A DNA stretch of 64,000 nucleotides, taken from contig CAXHJY010000105.1 in the NCBI GenBank assembly GCA_964016885.1, positions 186,001 to 250,000 of the forward strand, written 5' to 3'. This stretch comes from Eledone cirrhosa. Lineage: Eukaryota. Shown one piece after another: positions 26,001-40,260 of this stretch; position 1 is the stretch's first letter; each line of letters begins with the position of its first letter. The notes below the pieces were generated by a model, which had not been told where the DNA came from, ran no database searches, and saw only the letters and a program-made list of their open reading frames with translations. Made by a program: the position numbers and the translations under genes.

Positions 26001-29000
26001 GTTCACTGGTGTGTGTCTGTGTGTGGTGTGTAGATAGTTAGGTTCACTGGTGTGTGTCTGTGTGTGGTGTGTAGATAGTTAGGTTCACTGGTGTGTGTCT
26101 GTGTGTGGTGTGTAGATAGTTAGGTTCACTGGTGTGTGTCTGTGTCTGGTGTGTAGATAGTTATGTTCACTGGTGTGTGTCTGTGTGGTGTGTATATAGT
26201 TAGGTTCACTGGTGTGTGTCTGTGTGTGGTGTGTAGATAGTTAGGTGTACTGGTGTGTGTCTGTGTGGTGTGTATATAGTTAGGTTCACTGGTGTGTGTC
26301 TGTGTGTGGTGTGTATAAAGTTAGGTTCACTGGTGTGTGTCTGCGTGTGGTGTGTATATAGTTTGGTTCACTGGTGTGTGTCTGTGTTGTGTGTATATAG
26401 TTAGGTTCACTGATGTGTGTCTGTGTGTGGTGTGTATATTGTTAGGTTCACTGGTGTGTCTCTGTGTATGGTGTGTATATAGTTAGGTTCTCTGGTGTGT
26501 GTCTGTAAGGTGTCTAGATAGTTAGATTCACTGGTGTGTGTCTGTGTGGTGTGTAGATAGTTAGGTTCACTGGTGTGTGTCTGTGTGGTGTGTAGATAGT
26601 TAGGTTCACTGGTGTGTGTCTGTGTGTGGTGTGTAGATAGTTAGGTTCACTGGTGTGTGTCTGTGTGGTTTGTAGATAGGTAGGCTCACTGATGTGTGTC
26701 TGTGTGTGGTGTGTATATAGTTAGGTTCACTGGTGTGTGTCTGTGTGGTGTGTAAATAGTTAGGTTCACTGGTGTGTGTCTGTGTGTGGTGTGTATATAG
26801 TTAGGTTCACTGGTGTGTGTCTGTGTGGTGTGTAAATAGTTAGGTTCCCTGTTGTGTGTCTGTGTGTGGTGTGTATATAGTTAGGTTCACTGGTGTGTGT
26901 GTGGTGTGTATATAGTTAGGTTCACTGGTGTGTGTCTGTGTGTGGTGTGTATATAGTCAGGTTCACTGGTGAGTGTCTGTGTGTGTTGTGTATATAGTTA
27001 GGTTCACTGGTGTGTGTCTGTGTGTGGTGTGTAGATAGTTAGGTTCACTGGTGTGTGTCTGTGTGTGGTGTGTATATAGTTAGGTTCACTGGTGTGTGTC
27101 TGTGTGTGTTGTGTATATAGTTAGGTTCACTGGTGTGTGTCTGTGTGTGGTGTGTAGATAGTTAGGTTCACTGGTGTGTGTCTGTGTGTGGTGTGTAGAT
27201 AGTTAGGTTCACTGGTGTGTGTCTGTGTGTGGTGTGTAGATAGTTAGGTTCACTGGTGTGTGTCTGTGTGTGGTGTGTAGATAGTTAGGTTCACTGGTGT
27301 GTGTCTGTGTGTGGTGTGTAGATAGTTAGGTTCACTGGTGTGTGTCTGTGTGTGGTGTGTATATAGTTAGGTTCACTGGTGTGTGTCTCTGTGTGGTGTG
27401 TATATAGTTAGGTTCACTGGTGTGTGTCTGTGTGTGGTGTGTAGATAGTTAGGTTCACTGGTGTGTGTCTGTGTGGTGTGTGGATAGTTAGGCTCACTGG
27501 TGTGTGTCTGTGTGGTGTGTATATAGTTAGTTTCACTGGTGTGTGTCTGTGTGTGGTGTGTATATAGTTAGGTTCACTGGTGTGTGTCTGTGTGGTGTGT
27601 AGATAGTTAGGTTCACTGGTGTGTGTCTGTGTGTAGTGTGTAGATAGTTAGGTTCACTGGTGTGTGTCTGTGTGGTGTGTGGATAGTTAGGCTCACTGGT
27701 GTGTGTCTGTGTGGTGTGTATATAGTTAGGTTCACTGGTGTGTGTCTGTGTGGTGTGTAGATAGTTAGGTTCACTGGTGTGTGTCTGTGTGTGGTGTGTA
27801 GATAATTAGGTTCACTGGTGTGTGTCTGTGTGTGGTGTGTATATAGTTAGGTTCACTGGTGTGTGTGTGCGGTGTGTATATAGTTAGGTTCACTGGTGTG
27901 TGTCTGTGTGGTGTGTAGATAGTTAGGTTCACTGGTGTGTGTCTGTGTGTGGTGTGTAGATAGTTAGGTTCACTGGTGTGTGTCTGTGTGTGGTGTGTAT
28001 ATAGATAGGTTCACTGGTGTGTGTCTGTGTGTGGTGTGTAGATAGTTAGGTTCACTGGTGTGTGTCTGTGTGTGGTGTATAGATAGTTAGGTTCACTGGT
28101 GTGTGTCTGTGTGGTTTGTAGATAGGTAGGCTCACTGATGTTTGTCTGTGTGTGGTGTGTATATAGTTAGGTTCACTGCTGTGTGTCTGTGTGGTGTGTA
28201 AATAGTTAAGTTCACTGGTGTGTGTCTGTGTGTGGTGTGTATATAGTTAGGTTCACTGGTGTGTGTCTGTGTGGTGTGTAAATAGTTAGGTTCACTGGTG
28301 TGTGTCTGTGTGTGGTGTGTATATAGTTAGGTTCACTGGTGTGTGTGTGGTGTGTATATAGTTAGGTTCACTGGTGTGTGTCTGTGTGTGGTGTGTATAT
28401 AGTCAGGTTCACTGGTGAGTGTCTGTGTGTGTTGTGTATATAGTTAGGTTCACTGGTGTGTGTCTGTGTGTGGTGTGTAGATAGTTAGGTTCACTGGTGT
28501 GTGTCTGTGTGTGGTGTGTATATAGTTAGGTTCACTGGTGTGTATCTGTGTGTGTTGTGTATATAGTTAGGTTCACTGGTAGGTGTCTGTGTGTGGTGTG
28601 TAGATAGTTAGGTTCACTGGTGTGTGTCTGTGTGTGGTGTGTAGATAGTTAGGTTCACTGGTGTGTGTCTGTGTGTGGTGTGTAGATAGTTAGGTTCACT
28701 GGTGTGTGTCTGTGTGTGGTGTGTAGATAGTTAGGTTCACTGGTGTGTGTCTGTGTGTGGTGTGTAGATAGTTAGGTTCACTGGTGTGTGTCTGTGTGTG
28801 GTGTGTATATAGTTAGGTTCACTGGTGTGTGTCTCTGTGTGGTGTGTATATAGTTAGGTTCACTGGTGTGTGTCTGTGTGTGGTGTGTAGATAGTTAGGT
28901 TCACTGGTGTGTGTCTGTGTGGTGTGTGGATAGTTAGGCTCACTGGTGTGTGTCTGTGTGGTGTGTATATAATTAGGTTCACTGGTGTGTGTCTGTGTGT
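23040..29000. repeat. Mosaic of dispersed and tandem sub-block duplications within array A (offsets about 2790, 2845 and 1446 bp)
   Basis: TTAGGTGTAC 23451/26241; TCTCTGTG 24541/27386 and GATGTTTG 25292/28137; AGTCAGG 26955/28401. Boundaries are approximate. Confidence 0.75.
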
Positions 29001-32000
29001 GGTGTGTATATAGTTAGGTTCACTGGTGTGTGTCTGTGTGGTGTGTATATAGTTAGGTTCACTGGTGTGTGTCTGTGTGGTGTGTAGATAGTTAGGTTCA
29101 CTGGTGTGTGTCTGTGTGTGGTGTGTAGATAGTTAGGTTCACTGGTGTGTGTCTGTGTGTGGTGTGTAGATAGTTAGGTTCACTGGTGTGTGTCTGTGTG
29201 TGGTGTGTATATAGTTAAGTTCACTGGTGTGTGTGTGTGGTGTGTATATAGTTAGGTTCACTGGTGTGTGTCTGTGTGGTGTGTAGATAGTTCGGTTCAC
29301 TGGTGTGTGTCTGTGTGTGGTGTGTAGATAGTTAGGTTCACTGGTGTGTGTCTGTGTGTGGTGTGTATATAGTTAGGTTCACTGGTGTGTGTCTGTGTGT
29401 GGTGTGTAGATAGTTAGGTTCACTGGTGTGTGTCTGTGTGTGGTGTATAGATAGTTAGGTTCACTGGTGTGTGTCTGTGTGTGGTGTGTAGATAGTTAGG
29501 TTCACTGGTGTGTGTCTGTGTGTGGTGTGTAGATAGTTAGGTTCACTGGTGTGTGTCTGTGTGGTGTGTAGATAGTTAGTCTCACTGGTGTGTGTCTGTG
29601 TGTGGTATGTATATAGTTAGGTTCACTGGTGTGTGTCTGTGTGTGGTGTGTAGATAGTTAGGTTCACTACTGTGTGTCTGTGTGTGGTGTGTAGATAGTT
29701 AGGTTCACTGGTGTGTGTCTGTGTGGTGTGTAGATATTTAGGCTCACTGGTGTGTGTCTGTGTGGTGTGTATATAGTTAGGTTCACTGGTGTGTGTCTGT
29801 GTGTGGTGTGTAGATAGTTAGGTTCACTGGTGTGTGTCTGTGTGTGGTGTGTAGATAGTTAGGTTCACTGGTGTGTGTCTGTGTGTGATGAGTAGATAGT
29901 TAGGTTCACCGGTGTGTGTCTGTGTGTGGTGTGTATATAGTTAGGTTAACTGATGTGTGTCTGTGTGTGGTGTGTAGTTAGTTAGGTTCACTGGTGTGTG
30001 TGTGGTGTGTATATAGTTAGGTTCACTGGTGTGTATATAGTTAGGTTCACTGGTGTGTGTGTGGTGTGTATATAGTTAGGTTCACTGGTCTGTGTGTGGT
30101 GTGTAGATAGTTAGGTTCACTGGTGTGTGTCTGTGTGTGGTGTGTAGATAGTTAGGTTCACTGGTGTGTGGTGTGTATATAGTTAGGTTCACTGGTGTGT
30201 GTCTGTGTGGTGTGTATATAGTTAGGTTCACTGGTGTGTGTCTGTGTGGTGTGTAGATAGTTAGGTTCACTGGTGTGTGTCTGTGTGGTGTGTAGATTGT
30301 TAGGTTCCCTGGTGTGTGTCTGTGTGTGGTGTGTAGATAGTTAGGTTCACTGGTGTGTGACTGTGTGGTGTGTAGATAGTTAGGCTCACTGGTGTGTGTC
30401 TGTGTGTGGTGTGTATGTGTATATAGTTAGGTTCACTGGTGTGTGTCTGTGTGGTGTGTATATAGTTAGGTTCACTGGTGTGTGTCTGTGTGTGGTGTGT
30501 ATATAATTAGGTTCACTGGTGTGTGTCTGTGTGTGGTGTGTGGATAGTTAGGCTCACTGGTGTGTGTCTGTGTGGTGTGTATATAGTTAGGTTCACTGGT
30601 GTGTGTCTGTGTGTGGTGTGTATATAGTTAGGTTCACTGGTGTGTGTCTGTGTGTGGTGTGTAGATAGTTAGGTTCACTGGTGTGTGTCTGTGTGTGGTG
30701 TGTAGATAGTTAGATTCACTGGTGTGTGTCTGTGTGTGGTGTGTAGATAGTTAGGTTCACTGGTGTGTGTCTGTGTGTGGTGTGTAGATAGTTAGGTTCA
30801 CTGGTGTGTGTCTGTGTGGTGTGTAGATAGTTAGTCTCACTGGTGTGTGTCTGTGTGTGGTGTGTAGATAGTTAGGTTCACTACTGTGTGTCTGTGTGTG
30901 GTGTGTAGATAGTTAGGCTCACTGGTGTGTCTGTGTGGTGTGTATATACTTAGGTTTACTGGTGTGTGTCTGTGTGTGGTGTGTAGATAGTTAGGTTCAC
31001 TGGTGTGTGTCTGTGTGTGGTGTGTAGATAGTTAGGTTCACTGGTGTGTGTCTGTGTGTGGTGTGTAGATAGTTAGGTTCACTGGTGTGTGTCTGTGTGT
31101 GGTGTGTATATAGTTAGGTTAACTGATGTGTGTCTGTGTGTGGTGTGTAGTTAGTTAGGTTCACTGGTGTGTGTGTGGTGTGTATATAGTTAGGTTCACT
31201 GGTGTGTGTCTGTGTGTGGTGTGTATATAGTTAGGTTCACTGGTGTGTGTGTGGTGTGTATATAGTTAGGTTCACTGGTCTGTGTGTGGAGTGTAGATAG
31301 TTAGGTTCACTGGTATGTGTCTGTGTGTGGTGTGTAGATAGTTAGGTTCACTGGTGTGTGGTGTGTATATAGTTGGGTTCACTGGTGTGTGTCTGTGTGT
31401 GGTGTGTATATAGTTATGTTCACTGGTGTGTGTCTGTGTGGTGTGTAGATAGTTAGGTTCACTGGTGTGTGTCTGTGTGTGGTGTGTAGATAGTTAGGTT
31501 CACTACTGTGTGTCTGTGTGTGGTGTGTAGATAGTTAGGTTCACTGGTGTGTGTCTGTGTGTGGTGTGTAGATAGTTAGGTTCACCGGTGTGTGTCTGTG
31601 TGTGGTGTGTATATAGTTAGGTTAACTGATGTGTGTCTGTGTGTGGTGTGTAGTTAGTTAGGTTCACTGGTGTGTGTGTGGTGTGTATATAGTTAGGTTC
31701 ACTGGTGTGTGTCTGTGTGTGGTGTGTATATAGTTAGGTTCACTGGTGTGTGTGTGGTGTGTATATAGTTAGGTTCACTGGTCTGTGTGTGGAGTGTAGA
31801 TAGTTAGGTTCACTGGTGTGTGTCTGTGTGTGGTGTGTAGGTAGTTAGGTTCACTGGTGTGTGGTGTGTATATAGTTGGGTTCACTGGTGTGTGTCTGTG
31901 TGTGGTGTGTAGATAGTTAGGTTCACTGGTGTGTGGTGTGTATATAGTTGGGTTCACTGGTGTGTGTCTGTGTGTGGTGTGTATATAGTTATGTTCACTG

Positions 32001-34699
32001 GTGTGTGTCTGTGTGGTGTGTAGATAGGTAGTTAGGTTCACTGGTGTGTGGTGTGTATATAGTTAGGTTCACTGGTGTGTGTCTGTGTGGTGTGTATATA
32101 GTTAGGTTCACTGGTGTGTGTCTGTGTGGTGTGTAGATAGTTAGGTTCACTGGTGTGTGTCTGTGTGGTGTGTAGATTGTTAGGTTCCCTGGTGTGTGTC
32201 TGTGTGGTGTGTAGATAGTTAGGTTCACTGGTGTGTGACTGTGTGGTGTGTAGATAGTTAGGCTCACTGGTGTGTGTCTGTGTGTGGTGTGTATATAGTT
32301 AGGTTCACTGGTGTGTGTCTGTGTGGTGTGTATATAGTTAGGTTCACTGGTGTGTGTCTGTGTGTGGTGTGTATATAATTAGGTTCACTGGTGTGTGTCT
32401 GTGTGTGGTGTGTGGATAGTTAGGCTCACTGGTGTGTGTCTGTGTGGTGTGTATATAGTTAGGTTCACTGGTGTGTGTCTGTGTGTGGTGTGTATATAGT
32501 TAGGTTCACTGGTGTGTGTCTGTGTGTGGTTTGTAGATAGTTAGATTCACTTGTGTGTGTCTGTGTGTGGTGTGTAGATAGTTAGATACACTGGTGTGTG
32601 TCTGTGTGTGGTGTGTAGATAGTTAGGTTCACTGGTGTGTGTCTGTGTGTGGTGTGTAGATAGTTAGGTTCACTGGTGTGTGTCTGTGTGGTGTGTAGAT
32701 AGTTAGTCTCACTGGTGTGTGTCTGTGTGTGGTGTGTATATAGTTAGGTTCACTGGTGTGTGTCTGTGTGTGGTGTGTAGATAGTTAGGTTCACTACTGT
32801 GTGTCTGTGTGTGGTGTGTAGATAGTTAGGCTCACTGGTGTGTCTGTGTGGTGTGTATATAGTTAGGTTTACTGGTGTGTGTCTGTGTGTGGTGTGTAGA
32901 TAGTTAGGTTCACTGGTGTGTGTCTGTGTGTGGTGTGTATATAGTTAGGTTAACTGATGTGTGTCTGTGTGTGGTGTGTAGTTAGTTAGGTTCACTGGTG
33001 TGTGTCTGTGTGTGGTGTGTATATAGTTAGGTTCACTGGTGTGTGTGTGGTGTGTATATAGTTAGGTTCACTGGTCTGTGTGTGGTGTGTAGATAGTTAG
33101 GTTCACTGGTGTGTGTCTGTGTGTGGTGTGTAGATAGTTAGGTTCACTGGTGTGTGGTGTGTATATAGTTAGGTTCACTGGTGTGTGTCTGTGTGTGGTG
33201 GGTATATAGTTGGGTTCACTGGTGTGTGTCTGTGTGGTGTGTATATAGTTAGGTTCACTGGTGTGTGTGTGTGTGGTGTGTAGATAGTTAGGTTTACTGG
33301 TGTGTGTCTGTGTGTGGTGTGTAGATAGTTAGGTTCACTGGTGTGTGTCTGTGTGTGTTGTGTATATAGTTAGGTTCACTGGTGTGTGTCTGTGTGTGGT
33401 GTGTAGATAGTTAGGTTCACTGGTGTGTGTCTGTGTGTGGTGTGTATATAGTTAGGTTCACTGGTGTGTGTCTGTATGGTGTGTAGATAGTTAGATTCAC
33501 TGGTGTGTGTCTGTGTGGTGTGTAGATAGTTAGGTTCATTGGTGTGTGTCTGTGTGGTGTGTAGATAGTTAGGTTCACTGGTGTGTGTCTGTGTGTGGTG
33601 TGTAGATAGTTAGGTTCACTGGTGTGTGTCTGTGTGGTGTGTAGATAGATAGGCTCACTGGTGTGTGTCTGTGTGTGGTGTGTATATAGTTAGGTTCACT
33701 GGTGTGTGTCTGTGTGGTGTGTAAATAGTTAGGTTCACTGGTGTGTGTCTGTGTGTGGTGTGTATATAGTTAGGTTCACTGGTGTGTGTCTGTGTGTGGT
33801 GTGGATATAGTTAGGTTCACTGGTGTGTGTCTGTGTGTGGTGTGTAGATAGTTAGGTTCACGGGTGTGTGTCTGTGTGGTGTCTATATAGTTAGGTTCAC
33901 TGATGTGTGTCTGTGTGTGGTGTGTATATAGTTAGGTTCACTGGTGAGTGTCTGTGTGGTGTGTAGATAGTTAGGCTCACTGGTGTGTGTCTCTGTGTGG
34001 TGTGTATATAGTTAGGTTCACTGGTGTGTGTCTGTGTGGTGTGTGGATAGTTAGGCTCACTGGTGTGTGTCTGTGTGGTGTGTATATAGTTAGGTTTACT
34101 GGTGTGTGTCTGTGTGTGGTGTGTAGATAGTTAGGTTCACTGCTGTGTGTCTGTGTGTGGTGTGTAGATAGTTAGGTTCACTGGTGTGTGTCTGTGTGGT
34201 GTGTAGATAGTTAGGTTCACTGGTGTGTGTCTGTGTGGTGTGTAGATAGTTAGGCTCTCTGGTGTGTGTGTGTGTGTGGTGTGTATATAGTTAGGTTCAC
34301 TGGTGTGTGTCTGTGAGTGGTGTGTAGATAGTTGGTTCACTAATGTGTGTGGTGTGTAGATAGTTAGGCTCACTGGTGTGTGTCTGTGTGTGGTGTGTAT
34401 ATAGTTAGCTTCACTGGTGTGTGTCTGTGTGTGGTGTGTAGATAGTTAGGTTCACTGCTGTGTGTCTGTGTGTGGTGTGTAGATAGTTAGGTTCACTGGT
34501 GTGTGTCTGTGTGGTGTGTAGATAGTTAGGTTCACTGGTGTGTGTCTGTGTGTTGTGTAGATAGTTAGGCTCTCTGGTGTGTGTCTGTGTGTGGTGTGTA
34601 TATAGTTAGGTTCACTGGTGTGTGTCTGTGTGGTGTGTGGATAGTTAGGCTCACTGGTGTGTGTCTGTGTGGTGTGTATATAGTTAGGTTCACTGGTGT

Positions 34700-37600
34700 G
34701 TGTCTGTGTGTGGTGTGTATATAGTTAGGTTCACTGGTGTGTGTCTGTGTGTGGTGTGTAGATAGTTAGGTTCACTGGTGTGTGTCTGTGTGTGGTGTAT
34801 AGATAGTTAGGTTCACTGGTGTGTGTCTGTGTGTGGTGTGTAGATAGTTAGGTTCACTGGTGTGTGTCTGTGTGTGGTGTGTAGATAGTTAGGTTCACTG
34901 GTGTGTGTCTGTGTGGTGTGTAGATAGTTAGTCTCACTGGTGTGTGTCTGTGTGTGGTGTGTAGATAGTTAGGTTCACTGGTGTGTGTCTGTGTGGTGTG
35001 TAGATAGTTAGTCTCACTGGTGTGTGTCTGTTTATGGTATGTATATAGTTAGGTTCACTGGTGTGTGTCTGTGTGTGGTGTGTAGATAGTTAGGTTCACT
35101 GGTGTGTGTCTGTGTGGTGTGTAGATATTTAGGCTCACTGGTGTGTGTCTGTGTGGTGTGTATATAGTTAGGTTCACTGGTGTGTGTCTGTGTGTGGTGT
35201 GTATATTGTTAGGTTCACTGGTCTGTGTGTGGTGTGTAGATAGTTAGGTTCACTGGTGTGTGTCTGTGTGTGGTGTGTAGATTGTTAGGTTCACTGGTGT
35301 GTGGTGTGTATATAGTTAGGCTCACTGGTGTGTGTCTGTGTGTGGTGTGTATATAGTTGGGTTCACTGGTGTGTGTCTGTGTGGTGTGTATATAGTTAGG
35401 TTCACTGGTGTGTATCTGTGTGTGGTGTGTAGAAATTTAGGTTCACTGATGTGTGTCTGTGTGTGGTGTGTAGATAGTTAGGTTCACTGGTGTGTGTCTG
35501 TGTGTGTTGTGTATATAGTTAGGTTCACTGGTGTGTGTCTGTGTGTGGTGTTTATATAGTTAGGTTCACTGGTGTGTGTCTGTGTGTGGTGTGTAGATAG
35601 TTAGGTTCACTGGTGTGTGTCTGTGTGTGGTGTGTATATAGTTATGTTCACTGGTGTCTGTCTGTGTGGTGTGTATATAGTTAGGTTCACTGGTGTGTGT
35701 CTGTGTGTGGTGTGTAGATAGTTAGGTTCACTTGTGTGTGTCTGTGTGTGGTGTGTAGATAGTTAGGTTCACTGGTGTGTGTCTGTGTGTGGTGTGTAGA
35801 TAGTTAGGTTCACTGGTGTGTGTCTGTGTCTGGTGTGTAGATAGTTAGGTTCACTGGTGTGTGTCTGTGTGGTGTGTAAATAGTTAGGTTCACTGGTGTC
35901 TGACTGTGTGGTGTGTATATAGTTAGGTTCACTGATGTGTGTCTGTGTGTGGTGTGTATATAGTTAGGTTCACTGGTGAGTGTCTGTGTGGTATGTAGAT
36001 AGTTAGGCTCACTGATGTGTGTCTGTGTGTGGTGTGTATATAGTTAGGTTCACTGGTGTGTGTCTGTGTGTGGTGTGTAGATAGTTAGGTTCACTGCTGT
36101 GTGTCTGTGTGTGGTGTGTAGATAGTTAGGTTCACTGGTGTGTGTCTGTGTGGTGTGTAGATAGTTAGGTTCACTGGTGTGTGTCTGTGTGGTGTGTAGA
36201 TAGTTAGGCTCTCTGGTATGTGTCTGTGTGTGGTGTGTATATAGTTAGGTTCACTGGTGTGTGTCTGTGTGTGGTGTGTAGATAGTTAGGTTCACTGGTG
36301 TGTGTCTGTGTGTGGTGTGTAGATAGTTAGGTTCACTGGTGTGTGTCTGTGTGTGGTGTGTAGATAGTTGGTTTACTACTGTTCGTGGTGTGTAGATAGT
36401 TAGGTTCACTGGTGTGTGTCTGTGTGGTGTGTAGATAGTTAGGCTCACTGGTGTGTGTCTGTGTGGTGTGTATATAGTTAGGTTCACTGGTGTGTGTCTG
36501 TGTGTGGTGTGTAGATAGTTAGGTTCACTGGTGTGTGTCTGTGTGTGGTGTGTAGATAGTTAGGTTCACTGGTGTGTGTCTGTGTGTGGTGTGTAGATAG
36601 TTAGGTTCACTTGTGTGTGTCTGTGTGTGGTGTGTATATAATTATGTTCACTGGTGTGTGTCTGTGTGTGGTGTGTAGATAGTTAGATTCACTGGTGTGT
36701 GTCTGTGTGTGCTGTGTATATAGTTAGGTTCACTGGTGTGTGTCTGTGTGTGGTGTGTATATAGTTAGGTTCACTGGTGTGTGTCTGTGTGTGGTGTGTA
36801 GATAGTTAGGTTCACTGGTGTGTGTCTGTGTGTGGTGTGTAGATAGTTAGGTTCACTGGTGTTTGTCTGTTTGTGGTGTGTAGATAATTAAGTTCACTGG
36901 TGTATGTATGTGTGTGGTGTGTAGATAGTTAGGTTCATTGGTGTGTGTCTGTGTCTGGTGTGTAGATAGTTAGGTTCACTGGTGTGTGTCTGTGTGGTGT
37001 GTAGATAGTTAGGTTCACTGGTGTGTGTCTGTGTGGTGTGTATATAGTTAGGTTCACTGGTGTGTGTCTGTGTGTGGTGTGTAGATAGTTAGGTTCACTG
37101 GTATGTGTCTGTGTGTATATAGTTAGGTTCTCTGGTGTGTGTCTATGTGTGGTGTGTAGATAGTTAGGTTCACTGGTGTGTGTGTGGTGTGTAGATAGTT
37201 AGGTTCACTGGTGTGTGTCTGTGTGTGGTGTGTAGATAGTTAGGTTCACTGGTGTGTGTCTGTGTGTGGTGTGTAGATAGTTAGGTTCACTGGTGTGTGT
37301 CTGTGTGTGGTGTGTATATAGTTAGGTTCACTGGTGTGTGTCTGTGTGTGGTGTGTTATAGTTAGGTTCACTGGTGTGTGTCTGTGTGGTGTGTATATAT
37401 TTAGGTTCACTGGTGTGTGTCTGTGTGTGGTGTGTAGATAGTTAGAATCACTGGTGTGTGTCTGTGTGTGGTGTGTAGATAGTTAGTTCACTTGTGTGTG
37501 TCTGTGTGTGGTGTGTATATAGTTAGGTTCACTGGTGTGTGTCTGTGTGTGGTGTGTAGATAGTTAGGTTCACTGGTGTGTGTCTGTGTGTGATGTATAG

Positions 37601-40260
37601 ATAGTTAGGTTCACTGGTGTGTGTCTGTGTGTGGTGTGTAGATAGTTAGGTTCACTGGTGTGTGTCTGTGTGTGGTGTGTAGATAGTTAGGTTCACTGGT
37701 GTGTGTCTGTGTGGTGTGTAGATAGTTAGTCTCACTGGTGTGTGTCTGTGTGTGGTGTGTAGATAGTTAGGTTCACTGGTGTGTGTCTGTGTGGTGTGTA
37801 GATAGTTAGTCTCACTGGTGTGTGTCTGTGTGTGGTATGTATATAGTTAGGTTCACTGGTGTGTGTCTGTGTGTGGTGTGTAGATAGTTAGGTTCACTGG
37901 TGTGTGTCTGTGTGGTGTGTAGATATTTAGGCTCACTGGTGTGTGTCTGTGTGGTGTGTATATAGTTAGGTTCACTGGTGTGTGTCTGTGTGTGGTGTGT
38001 ATATTGTTAGGTTCACTGGTCTGTGTGTGGTGTGTAGATAGTTAGGTTCACTGGTGTGTGTCTGTGTGTGGTGTGTAGATTGTTAGGTTCACTGGTGTGT
38101 GGTGTGTATATAGTTAGGTTCACTGGTGTGTGTCTGTGTGTGGTGTGTATATAGTTGGGTTCACTGGTGTGTGTCTGTGTGGTGTGTATATAGTTAGGTT
38201 CACTGGTGTGTATCTGTGTGTGGTGTGTAGAAATTTAGGTTCACTGATGTGTGTCTGTGTGTGGTGTGTAGATAGTTAGGTTCACTGGTGTGTGTCTGTG
38301 TGTGTTGTGTATATAGTTAGGTTCACTGGTGTGTGTCTGTGTGTGGTGTTTATATAGTTAGGTTCACTGGTGTGTGTCTGTGTGTGGTGTGTAGATAGTT
38401 AGGTTCACTGGTGTGTGTCTGTGTGTGGTGTGTATATAGTTATGTTCACTGGTGTCTGTCTGTGTGGTGTGTATATAGTTAGGTTCACTGGTGTGTGTCT
38501 GTGTGTGGTGTGTAGATAGTTAGGTTCACTTGTGTGTGTCTGTGTGTGGTGTGTAGATAGTTAGGTTCACTGGTGTGTGTCTGTGTGTGGTGTGTAGATA
38601 GTTAGGTTCACTGGTGTGTGTCTGTGTCTGGTGTGTAGATAGTTAGGTTCACTGGTGTGTGTCTGTGTGGTGTGTAAATAGTTAGGTTCACTGGTGTCTG
38701 ACTGTGTGGTGTGTATATAGTTAGGTTCACTGATGTGTGTCTGTGTGTGGTGTGTATATAGTTAGGTTCACTGGTGAGTGTCTGTGTGGTATGTAGATAG
38801 TTAGGCTCACTGGTGTGTGTCTGTGTGTGGTGTGTATATAGTTAGGTTCACTGGTGTGTGTCTGTGTGTGGTGTGTAGATAGTTAGGTTCACTGCTGTGT
38901 GTCTGTGTGTGGTGTGTAGATAGTTAGGTTCACTGGTGTGTGTCTGTGTGGTGTGTAGATAGTTAGGTTCACTGGTGTGTGTCTGTGTGGTGTGTAGATA
39001 GTTAGGCTCTCTGGTGTGTGTCTGTGTGTGGTGTGTATATAGTTAGGTTCACTGGTGTGTGTCTGTGTGTGGTGTGTAGATAGTTGGTTTACTACTGTTT
39101 GTGGTGTGTAGATAGTTAGGTTCACTGGTGTGTGTCTGTGTGGTGTGTAGATAGTTAGGCTCACTGGTGTGTGTCTGTGTGGTGTGTATATAGTTAGGTT
39201 CACTGGTGTGTGTCTGTGTGTGGTGTGTAGATAGTTAGGTTCACTGGTGTGTGTCTGTGTGTGGTGTGTAGATAGTTAGGTTCACTGGTGTGTGTCTGTG
39301 TGTGGTGTGTAGATAGTTAGGTTCACTTGTGTGTGTCTGTGTGTGGTGTGTATATAATTATGTTCACTGGTGTGTGTCTGTGTGTGGTGTGTAGATAGTT
39401 AGATTCACTGGTGTGTGTCTGTGTGTGCTGTGTATATAGTTAGGTTCACTGGTGTGTGTCTGTGTGTGGTGTGTATATAGTTAGGTTCACTGGTGTGTGT
39501 CTGTGTGTGGTGTGTAGATAGTTAGGTTCACTGGTGTGTGTCTGTGTGTGGTGTGTATATAGTTAGGTTCACTGGTGTTTGTCTGTTTGTGGTGTGTAGA
39601 TAATTAAGTTCACTGGTGTATGTATGTGTGTGGTGTGTAGATAGTTAGGTTCATTGGTGTGTGTCTGTGTCTGGTGTGTAGATAGTTAGGTTCACTGGTG
39701 TGTGTCTGTGTGGTGTGTAGATAGTTAGGTTCACTGGTGTGTGTCTGTGTGGTGTGTATATAGTTAGGTTCACTGGTGTGTGTCTGTGTGTGGTGTGTAG
39801 ATAGTTAGGTTCACCGGTATGTGTCTGTGTGTATATAGTTAGGTTCTCTGGTGTGTGTCTATGTGTGGTGTGTAGATAGTTAGGTTCACTGGTGTGTGTG
39901 TGGTGTGTAGATAGTTAGGTTCACTGGTGTGTGTCTGTGTGTGGTGTGTAGATAGTTAGGTTCACTGGTGTGTGTCTGTGTGTGGTGTGTAGATAGTTAG
40001 GTTCACTGGTGTGTGTCTGTGTGTGGTGTGTATATAGTTAGGTTCACTGGTGTGTGTCTGTGTGTGGTGTGTTATAGTTAGGTTCACTGGTGTGTGTCTG
40101 TGTGGTGTGTATATATTTAGGTTCACTGGTGTGTGTCTGTGTGTGGTGTGTAGATAGTTAGAATCACTGGTGTGTGTCTGTGTGTGGTGTGTAGATAGTT
40201 AGTTCACTTGTGTGTGTCTGTGTGTGGTGTGTATATAGTTAGGTTCACTGGTGTGTGTCT
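34700..40260. repeat. Tandem 2.8-kb block duplication within array A (offset 2798, dropping to 2716 after a two-monomer indel)
   Basis: AGAAATTTAGG 35431/38229 (offset 2798) and GAATCACTGG 37445/40161 (offset 2716). The 82-bp difference equals 2 x 41. Confidence 0.88.
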
